Positions 13,465 to 22,796 of a stretch of DNA of 64,000 nucleotides are shown here, piece after piece. The notes under the pieces were generated by a model that saw only the letters and a program-made list of their open reading frames with translations, was not told where the DNA came from and did not search any database. The number at the start of each line of letters is the position of its first letter. Within the stretch, counting starts at the first letter, position 1. The DNA is from Mytilus edulis (Eukaryota): the NCBI RefSeq assembly GCF_963676685.1, contig NC_092346.1, positions 6,572,001-6,636,000 of the forward strand, read 5' to 3'. Made by a program: the position numbers and the translations under genes.

Positions 13465-14998
13465 TGTTACAGGCATTTTTCTAAATTTAGGCATTTTGTA
13501 AAATGACTGAAATTTTTAGGCATTTTCTAAAATGCCTGCATGATTTAGGCATTTTACAAATTGACTATTTTTTTCAGGCATTTTATAAAATGCCTGAAAA
13601 AAATGTAAGGCATTTTACAAAATGCCTAAAAGACTAAAAACTGAATGGAATGCACTCAAAATTTAACGACTTGAAATATCAAATAGATAATTCTATTATA
13701 TCATTTAATATAGCATGCAATTTAAACAGTTGCAGTTTTATAATTGTAATTAAATCATTTACATAAACACTGAAGATGACAATTAGTGTTGCTACATGTA
13801 ATGTTTGGGTGACAGCGACTGTTACATATTTGTTCTGACTTTTTGCAAAGACAACTCTTAGTGTTACATCTAGTCTAACCACTAGCACTACAGCCACATT
13901 TTGTGTAACCCTGACCATCACACAAAGAAACTTTACTGAAAGCTTTTTTAAAGGATATTTCATTATCATAATTGCAGATTGAATAGCAATAAAGTTCCTG
14001 CCAGACAGTTCAAACTGAATCCTGGTGTAACTTGAGTCCACGTAGTATTCCCAGTTCAATGAATTGGTGCATGCTAAATTTCCAGTGGCAAATATGTCAT
14101 GCATATTCAATAGGCCTATGAGACAACTTAATGGTAAAAGAAGTTGTTAACTCATTTTTTATGTGATTATGTCCTTGTTTTTACTTGACCAATTGTTAAA
14201 ATATTACTTGAGTGCATCATATTTTTATTTTCAATATTTTGCAAGATGAGCAATTCAGGAGTAGTTTCACAAAAAAATTACGACTAAGATTGATCGTAGG
14301 TCATGAACAATCCAGTATACTTACGATCAATCTTATTAATAAGTTTTTTGGTTGTGAAACCGACTCCTGGCTCCTAGGAGTCTACAGAATTGACACTTGT
14401 TTTGAAAACTTTTAAATAAGTTATAGCTCAAGAGAAGAAATGCACCTATTTTTGCATATGATAATAATCCGAGGAATGTCCTTTTATTCCAATCTTAACT
14501 TTGTTCAAAATAGTTTCATATTTTTCTCTGTTCCATATAACACGTTTCAATTAGTTGGTTTATAAATCTTTGTTCTGGTGTAAGAACAACATGCCCTTCT
14601 GTCATAATGAAAGAAGATCATTAATGAAATACAGAGTGAGTACTAACTCATAGTTGTTGCTCTATGGAGTTTCTAATTACAGACATTAAAACTAATAAAA
14701 CATGAAAATTTAACCTGCAGACTACATTTTTAAAGAATAATCTTAACTTTATTTTACTCAACCCTTCTTTGTAGCTTTACAATATATTTCTATCATCTAT
14801 TTCATGTATTTCATATTTACACAATTTGGTTGGATAAGGCAATTTGTGAAATTTTCATTAAAAATTTCAGGCATTTTACAAAATGACTAGTTTTTTTTAG
14901 GCATTTTCTAAAATGCCTGTCAACTTTAGGCATTTTAGAAAATGCCTGAAAATTCAGTCATTTTACAAAATGCCTAAATTTAGAAAATGCCTGTAACA
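13465..14998 (-). mobile_element. Ginger/KRBA2-type DNA transposon remnant inserted in the Polinton terminal repeat
   Basis: TIRs TGTTACAGGCATTTT...AAAATGCCTGTAACA with subterminal AGGCATTTT repeats, inserted in a TA run and absent from the sister repeat at ~19680. Minus-strand remnant GQGYTKCGC...C..KSCLCKK....CNSRCH. Confidence 0.75.
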
Positions 14999-15836
14999 TA
15001 TATATACAGAGTTGCTTTCCTTGTTTTGTACCAGAGTTAACGTTCCTCGATACGATCACGTGACCTGCTGTCCATATATGGTCATATATGTTTATTTTGA
15101 TTTTTGAGTGAAAATAAAAGTGTTTTTTTCCAAATTTGGTCATCATTTCCATATATGATCATAGGGTATCTGGTCGGTTTCCATATATGGTCATGTATTT
15201 TATTTTGATTTTTCAACGGAAATAAGGTTTTTACCAAATTTGGTCATGATTTCCATATATGGTCATAGGTCGTTTTGTCGATTTCCATATATGGTCATGT
15301 ATGTTTATTTTGAGTGAATATAAGGTTCTTACCAAATTTGGTCATAATTTCCATATATGGTCATAGGGTATTGTGGTCGCTTTCCATATATGGAATTCAT
15401 CATATGGTGTCCAAGAGTCATAATCCGACATCTGGTGCTTCCGTTTTGATATATAGCCCTTCATACTAGAATTGGCAAAGATCTACGTGAGTCATACTGT
15501 TCATATGACGTCAGCGCCTTAGCGCCTTGCGTTTTTGTGGTTGCATAAAACATCATAACGAACAGAAAAAATACTTCTCGAATTTTCATACGTACATCAT
15601 GGTATTGTCATGTAGTGAGTCATGTCCTGATCTTGCATCCTGATGATTCATGGTTGCGTCATGACCAAATATGACCGGCGTCCATCCGTCGTGATTCATC
15701 TTCCTTACTTCCGCTGACGTTATTAGGGCTAGTATATGCCCATATATCATATTGGGGGCGGGGCATGCGCATATGACGTCAGCGCCCTAGCGCCCTGTGT
15801 TTTTGGGGTGGCTCAAACTGAACCGTCCCTACTACT

Positions 15837-17352
15837 TGTGATGAGATGATTGAAGCTGTTAATTTTCTCCTTGTTAATATTTATGTACCTTTCGGCAACA
15901 AAGTTAATTGACAGGTTGTAGGTATCCCCATGGGCACTAATTGTGTCCCTTTAATAGCAGACTTGTTTTTGTACAGTTTATGACTTAACTCAGTAAAGAC
16001 CCGTAAAAAAGGCATTTAATTGATAAATTCAACAACATTTACCGTTATCTTGATATTTTTTCGTTAAATATTCAAGAATTTTCTCAATATACCGCTAAAA
16101 TTTACCCCAAGGAACTTACTTTAAGTAAATCAAATTTATACGGGAATAACTGTCCTTTCCTTGATTTCGATATTTCGGTTTTAAACGGGAAACTCAACAC
16201 TAAAATTTACGACAAAAGGGACGATTTTTCGTTCCCTATTGTTAGTTTTCCAATTTTAGATGGTGATGTTCCTTTGGCACCATTTTACGGTGTTTATATT
16301 TCACAGCTCGTTCGCTATGCCTGTGTCTGTTGTGACGTTTTTGATTTTAACGAACGCAATCTATGTATTACTCGTAATCGATATTGGATATCGTTACCAA
16401 TAAATTACTTAAAACTTTACTAAATTTTTCAATAGATATAAAGATTTGGTTTTGAAGTTTGGTTGTACCTGTAGAAAACTTATTTCAAACGGGATAGCAC
16501 AACCTCATTTTTACGGAAATGATGCTAACCGTGCCCGGAAATTTAGAAATGATCCTTGTAAACTTATCGCTTTTTAAAATAAACTTATTCTTAAAGGTTA
16601 TCAATCCAACACTGTAATAAGATCATTGAATATTTTTTTTATTGGTATATATATTGATTTTGTTAGGGACGACATCAAAAGTTCAATGTAGGATAAAAAA
16701 AAAAACTTAATTCACATAGTTTTTTCACTGACCCCCCCCCCCCCCCCCCCCCCACCACACCCCCTTCTTAACTTAATTTGGGAAAAATTGATTTACCAAT
16801 AGGGATATATGTATAAATCGATTTTAGATATACAAAACAGAATTTTACCCCCCCCCCCCCCCCACCCCCAAACTATTTGATTTAAAGTTTTTTTTATATT
16901 TCATCGATCTTTTGATGTCGTCCCTTATCAGTAAATTGAAAGCAAACTAAATCTTACTAGTATGTTATATGCATATACACATTCATGGATCTACAGTCTG
17001 TCGATACCTGTCACTTGGCATTGTACAAGGTCATGTTTTTCTCTGAATATTTATGACGTCTTTACACTAAATCAATTGGATGTTGGATGTGTACCTATTG
17101 ATAGTTTAGTCTTAGATGCATGATTTTTTTATTAGTTGTTAGTGGCTTTGAACTAGCTGTCAGATAACTGCGAACACTCTCAGATCTGTTCCTAGTGTCT
17201 TTTTGTTGTCGGGATGTACAAGTACCAGGCCACGTCCAATTGTATTTTTGTCATTCTGATGAGGTAAGCCTTTTCAACTGATTTTTATAGTTCGTTTTTA
17301 TGTTGTACTGTTATACCACTGTCCCAGGTTAGGGGAGGGTTGAGATCCCACT
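15837..17352 (+). mobile_element. Penelope-like retroelement, 3' part of RT and 3' tail (inverted continuation of 20520-21960)
   Basis: Begins TGT GAT GAG ATG ATT = CDEMIEAVNFLL.NIYV...QVVGIPMGTNC.PLIADLFL...YDK.DDFSFPI...SQLVRYA, with several frameshifts and stops. Confidence 0.85.
16666..16924. mobile_element. PIF/Harbinger-type MITE inserted in the Penelope 3' part
   Basis: 16-bp perfect TIR GGGACGACATCAAAAG / CTTTTGATGTCGTCCC, TTA target duplication, internal poly-C runs. Confidence 0.8.
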
Positions 17353-18192
17353 CGGATATATCTGTCTACCTAGCGTGGCGACGGGCTGGCGATCGACCAC
17401 AAATATAATATAATACAACTATAAGAACTAAACTACATAAAGAAAGTAATTAGTGGTAAGGAGAGGGACTCTTTTCTATGCGCATGATATTACTTTCAAT
17501 TATACACTTCGTGTTATTTTGGTTTTATTTTTATATTATAAGTTTTTATAAAAGATTTTAAAAATACAAACAATTATAAATCAAATTCTAACAATTCATT
17601 CTACTGTCTAGTTTAAATTGAGTTTCAAATATCATTCTTTAACAAAATCTATATTATCATACATATAAAGCAAGTTATTTGGGGTGAGGAAAGGGGACTC
17701 TCAATTCATATGCTATGTTTTTTTAATTATTAACGCCACGCCATTTTCTAAACTCATAAAAAATACTAGGTTTATAAAGTTGTTATAAATATTATAAAAA
17801 AATAAAGATTCAATTGTAATTAAAGTTCTTTCCACCATTGATATGAAAATATTAAATTTTGGATTTAAAATATTAATTTCAGCGTCAAATGATAACTTTC
17901 CAAAAAATATAAGGTGTCTATACAAAAAGATATAAATAACGGAGATAATTTTCTACTTCCGGTTTAAAATATGTTACTTCCGGTTCTGTCTTATAGTTTA
18001 CTTGACGCCGATTCCAAAAATATATGGTTTTACATACTTTTACAATAATTTATTACAACAATTAGCTACTTCCGGTTTACAAAAGGTCACTTCCGGTTAG
18101 ATTTTTCAACGTCATATTGCTTGCAATCTAATCCTACATGCCTTACACGTGTTGCTTAGTTCGTCTCCAAAACTATGTTTGACAGTTTCCCA

Positions 18193-18737
18193 GAGGACCA
18201 GGTAGTGACAGTTTCTCCTCTGAGTCGGATCTTTCCCGAAATACAGGTTCTGATTCACAGCCACCACCGACAGGTTCTAATGATGCGATCCTTCCGTGAA
18301 CAAGTCGTTGATGCGACGGTCTTTGGCCGAGGTCGACATCAGGTCGTCCAGCACGAGTAAGTTTCTGGTCCGTGCATCGAAGAAGTGGTCGGCTTCCAAC
18401 TTGGTCGGGATACCGCGAACGAATTCCACGGTGGGCACCACCGTCTTTCGAATCTCGTCGTAGAGGGGTTGCCATCGTCGGTACAGCCAGACGATCCTCT
18501 CCGGCACCGGGTTGCACATGGATCTTCGCAATGCTTCCTTCACGAAAAACGTCTTGCCGCAGGAAGTCGGACCGGAGACGATCATGGTGAACGGGTGTTG
18601 AAAACGAAATATTTCTTGCGTCGCATTTTGCGGTGGCGGCGGCGGCGGTGGTGGTTCGCCAGTACCATGCTTATTTCGATGATGTCTCAACATGACGTCT
18701 CTTTCGAAAACATTCTTTGACAGTTAGGACACTCCAT
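18193..18737 (-). pseudogene. C2H2 zinc finger + poly-Pro + A32/FtsK-like packaging ATPase (fusion ORF, 5' part)
   Basis: MECPNC...(frameshift)...MLRHHRNKH, Walker A GPTSCGKT, Walker B LLVLDD, FTEGSHH*NLS..QNLY..QRRNCHYLVL, then an abrupt break at ~18193. Confidence 0.85.
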
Positions 18738-18765
18738 CCTCACTTCAAGGGTGGAACTTTCCCTC

Positions 18766-19187
18766 TTATAACTTTTGTCGGAAATGAAGCAAGCAGAACA
18801 CGTGATCATCTTTCAACGGCACACGCGAAGTCGATCGTCTCTCAAGGTGATTTCCAATATTTCCGTCTCGCCTCCCCTCGACGCGAGGTAGAGCGGTCTC
18901 TCGAAAATTATCTCCGTGGTCTCTTCTTTTCTGATGGCTACGGATTGAAGCAGGGGCAGGTAAGTGTCTCTGACGTAAGATTCATCCCTTACCAGATCGC
19001 AACACACGTACATCCTCTGCGTAGACGTTTCAAAAGCCGGTACAAAGGTCATCTCCAACAGAGCACACTCCCACGTTCCTTTCATTAAGTGTGATCTAGG
19101 TAAACGTATTCTGAACTGTCCTCCCCTATTCTGGGGGAAAAGTTGGAGCGAGTCTCCACTATTGACGAATAAGTAAAACTCGTCCAT
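18766..19187 (-). pseudogene. Compact Polinton/adintovirus-type minor capsid (penton)-like protein
   Basis: N-terminal FYL..NS.DS...FP.N...F.I.LP....G.WE.AL.E and C-terminal YVCCDLV...PLL...PLY...EILEITLRD motifs. A frameshift near 18815 restores a terminal ...CLLHFRQKL*. Confidence 0.7.
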
Positions 19188-19262
19188 GGTTTTGATTAAG
19201 CATTCGATCCTCTTCCTCTTATAACCATCGCCGCCGCCGCCGCCGCAACCGCCGCAGCCACC

Positions 19263-20519
19263 TCGGACGTTCTCCGGAGTATTACCTTCGTCGCTTCAGG
19301 AACGTGCTCATCGCCAATGGACCTCAATACAGATTCAGTACGACTCAAGTGCAACCGGGATCATCCGATACGTGCGGACTCTATTGTGTACATTTCGTGA
19401 AGATGAGATATAGAAACATTAGCATGGAAGACATTGTGAAAGATTTTTCGTCTAGAGACTTGATGAATAACGACGACAAACTGCTTGCATTGTACGAATG
19501 AATGTAATAAATATATATGAAACTGACATCTGCGATGGTATTTTTTCTATTTGCCCCGAACACGATACGATTAATCGGTGATTGATGTTCACATCGTGAA
19601 GAGTTGCTTCCTTTTTTTGTATCAGAGTTCCTCGATACGATCACGTGACCTTGCCTCGTTGAATTGTCACTCCACGAGAGATATATATACAGAGTTGCTT
19701 CCCTTGTTTTGTACCAGAGTTAACGTTCATCGATACGATCACGTGACCTGCTGTCCATATATGGTCATATATGTTTATTTTGATTTTTGAGTGAAAATAA
19801 AAGTTGTTTTCCAAATTTGGTCATCATTTCCATATATGATCATAGGGTATCTGGTCGGTTTCCATATATGGTCATGTATTATATTTTGATTTTTCAACGT
19901 CAATAAGGTTTTTACCACATTTGGTCATGATTTCCATATATGGTCATAGGTCGTTTTGTCGATTTCCATATATGGTCATGTATGTTTATTTTGAGTGAAA
20001 ATAAGGTTCTTACCAAATTTGGTCATAATTTCCATATATGGTCATAGGGTATTGTGGTCGCTTTCCATATATGGAATTCATCATATGGTGGTCCAAGAGT
20101 CATAATCCGACATCTGGTGCTTCCGTTTTGATATATAGCCCTTCATACTAGAATTGGCAAAGATCTACGTGAGTCATACTGTTCATATGACGTCAGCGCA
20201 TTAGCGCCTTGCGTTTTTGTGGTTGCATAAAACATCATAACGAACAGAAAAAAATACTTCTCGAATTTTCATACGTACATCATGGTATTGTCATGTAGTG
20301 AGTCATGTCCCCGATCTTGCATTCTGATGACTCATGGTTGCGTCATGACCAAATATGACCGGCGTCCATCCGTCGTGACTCATCTTCCTTACTTCCGCTG
20401 ACGTCATTAGGGCTAGTATATGCCCATATATCATATGGGGGCGGGGCATGCGCATATGACGTCAGCGCCCTAGCGCCCTGTGTTTTTGTGGTGCCTCAAA
20501 CACCTCACTCCCTACTACT
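19263..20519. repeat. ~1.26-kb terminal repeat of the mini-Polinton (second copy 13039-15836); includes the 3' end of the protease gene
   Basis: Near-identical sequence from TCGGACGTTCTCCGG to CCCTACTACT in both copies. Confidence 0.93.
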
Positions 20520-21960
20520 ATCACACCTCCAGTAAGTATATCTACCATATTTACCTTTCTCATTAGAGAAGAAGGCTTTAAATGAGTTGCAGCAAATATA
20601 TTTGCATTCAGATTTACCAAACGACCATTTAATTAAATAGGAAAACTTTTGTGTAATAAGATAGTGTGGAATTGCAGTGTAAAGAGTAGAAAAATCAAAA
20701 CTGTCAACCGAACAAAAAGGACCATCAAAAACACGTAATTTATCTAAAACATCCAAAGATTTTTTTACACTCCAAAAAAGGTTTATATCACTATGTTCAT
20801 ATATTTTTGCTCTTCTACTTCGCACTTTATTTGACCTTTTTAACTTTTTTGGATTCGAGCGTCACTGGTGAGTCTTTTGTAGACGAAACGCGCGTCTGGC
20901 GTATATACTTAATTTAGTCCTGGTATCTATGATGAGTTTATTTATTACAATAGTTTATGATAAGCTCTTTAATAGTAGTTAATGAACTTGTTAAAAGCAC
21001 TGAAAGATTAGTTGTAGATAAAGGCAACAGTAGTATACGGCTGTTCAAAACTCGCGTAAACGATGGACAAAAAATAAAATCGGGGTAACAAACTAAAACT
21101 GAGGAAAACGCATTAAATATAAGAGGAGAACAACGACACAACATTAAAATCAAACACACACAGAAACGGACTAAGCATTAGACAAAATCCGATGTAGAAC
21201 ACTTACTAGAGGCCGAGATGAAACGATATTTAAATGGTTTTTTGTTGTTGTGTAGTTTAGGTAGCCAATACATAGTAGAAACCTTCAAATGTTCAGAAGA
21301 AGTCTTAAGCTTTGATGTGGTTGTGATATGTTTGTTTACTATATGACTCTCTGTGGAGCGGATGGACTTCAATGTAGATAAATTTGAAATTTCATTCTTA
21401 AGAACGTCCGTGTAGTAATTACGGCATACCACCACATTGTTGTCTGCTTGGTAGGCCGGTACAAACACAACCCGCTTTGAAATTTCTTTAAGTTTATTTC
21501 TTATTCTGGAAATCGGTGTATTATGTACTCTATTATTTAATTCTAAATTATTTTCAAAATGTAATATTCTCTTATCTACCACATTCATACATTTATTTAA
21601 ATAAGAATCGAGAGGTTTTTTTTTATCAGATTTTCCTTGTTTACACCACTTTTTACAAAACGAGGAAAGAGCATCGTTGGTGACTTGACTACACTCTTTC
21701 CAATCTATTTTAGATGGAAAACGATATTTTGGTCCTTTTTTCAAAACGTTTTTAACCTCTCTGTCCTGGACGATATTGAGATCCCCTGTAATAACATGGC
21801 CATAAGGGACATATCTAAATTTCGACAATTCACAGTTTCAAGTTAAGGGAGTATTATTATCTATATTCACGTCTGATGTAACCGATGTATAATTAAAAAT
21901 TAAACTTCTGCTGGTTTTTTTTGTATGTGTATAAAATTATAGGTGGTTCATCAAACAACT
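20520..21960 (-). mobile_element. Penelope-like retroelement, degenerate, 5' part of RT ORF
   Basis: ORFs 21178..21828 (GHVITGDL, KGPKYR, YWLPKLH..P.KYRFI) and 20505..20825 (DSFDFSTLYTAIPH), interrupted by small insertions; ends at ...YTYWRCD (TGTGAT). Confidence 0.85.
20857..20902 (+). ncRNA. Hammerhead ribozyme copy with core mutation (CUGGUGA)
   Basis: gagcgtca-ctggtga-gtcttttgtagac-gaaa-cgcgcg-tc-tggcgt; lies in a short insertion inside the Penelope RT. Confidence 0.65.
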
Positions 21961-22009
21961 TTAGTCCTTGTTATAATAGTTATCAAAGTTACCAGGATTA
22001 TAATTTAGT

Positions 22010-22055
22010 ACGCCAGACGCGCGTTTCGTCTACACAAGACTCATCAGTGACGCTC
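22010..22055 (-). ncRNA. Minimal type I hammerhead ribozyme
   Basis: Minus strand GCGUCA-CUGAUGA-GUC(UUGUGUA)GAC-GAAA-CGCGCG-UC-UGGCGU: complete core, stem I, stem II and a short palindromic stem III. Confidence 0.8.
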
Positions 22056-22796
22056 ATATCAAAATAGTTATAAAGCCAAACAAATACAAAGTTGAAGAGC
22101 ATTGAGGATCCAAAATTCCAAAAAGTTGTGCCAAATACGGCTAAGGTAATCTATGACTAACATTGGAATTACTCTCATTACAGAAGACCTTATGGAAACT
22201 CAAAGGATAATTTCTAATGAAAAAAGACCTCACCATTACCCTTATAAAGGGCTTATAATGACTGGTGCCAGTGCTACATATATATCTACATTTCCCCTAT
22301 ATTCATATATTGGAACAAACATAAAAAAATCTTTCTCAAAATAAGAAAAGTACAAATATTTTACTGATAAGACAACAAATACATAGTAATATATGCTTGA
22401 CATAATAACATAAATAATGTGATCATTGAATACGTTAAACATTTACAGGACAACTATATTTTTGAAAACTATTCCCTCCTCTGTTTCAAAATAAGAAGCT
22501 TGATAAAAGACTTTTAACACTGGAAGGTCGTCAGTATCATTGTTTTTGCGATAAAACTAATTGAAAATTTGGCGGGAAAAGATTATCTCTGGATTTTTTC
22601 ATTCATTTGATAATGGCACTTATTTTCTTTCAAACACAATGATTAGTTGGTCTTTTGAAAAGTGGCGGTATTTCCCTTCCATTTTTTTCAACAGCAATAT
22701 AATCCTGTTTAACCACAGGTATCTATAGTTTCTACACAATTTTGCCTGTAAAATAGGAGATTATTTGCAACTTCCACCTGATCGAAAGACATTATT

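Larger units (their letters stand above)
12504..15836 (+). mobile_element. Mini Polinton/Maverick-like element, right half (ATPase C-terminus, ZnF, protease, right terminal repeat), inverted relative to the left half
   Basis: Ends CCCTACTACT at 15836 followed by TGTGAT (15837-15842). 13039-15836 minus an insertion matches 19263-20519. Confidence 0.85.
18193..20519 (-). mobile_element. Mini Polinton/Maverick-like element, left half (left terminal repeat, penton-like ORF, N-terminal part of ATPase)
   Basis: Minus strand starts AGTAGTAGGG at 20519 immediately after TGTGAT (20525-20520). GC-rich coding interior with viral morphogenesis genes. Confidence 0.85.

Noticed and set aside
15060-15400. 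Regularly spaced CCATATATGGTCAT motifs as a CRISPR-like array
   Set aside because: Spacers are themselves repeated and similar to one another, there are no cas genes, and the context is eukaryotic.
17256-17290. CTGATGAG as another hammerhead core
   Set aside because: No stem II or GAAA follows.
18175-19088. Plus-strand ORFs over the ATPase and penton genes
   Set aside because: Antisense shadows of GC-rich coding sequence; the conserved motifs are on the minus strand.
12504-20519. GC-rich islands as bacterial contamination or HGT
   Set aside because: Genes are Polinton-type and the element is integrated with a TSD inside a host retroelement.
13039-20519. Direct repeats read as LTRs of an LTR retrotransposon or as two independent insertions
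   Set aside because: No gag/pol or TG..CA ends; the shared TGTGAT TSD and split genes show they are TIRs reoriented by an inversion.
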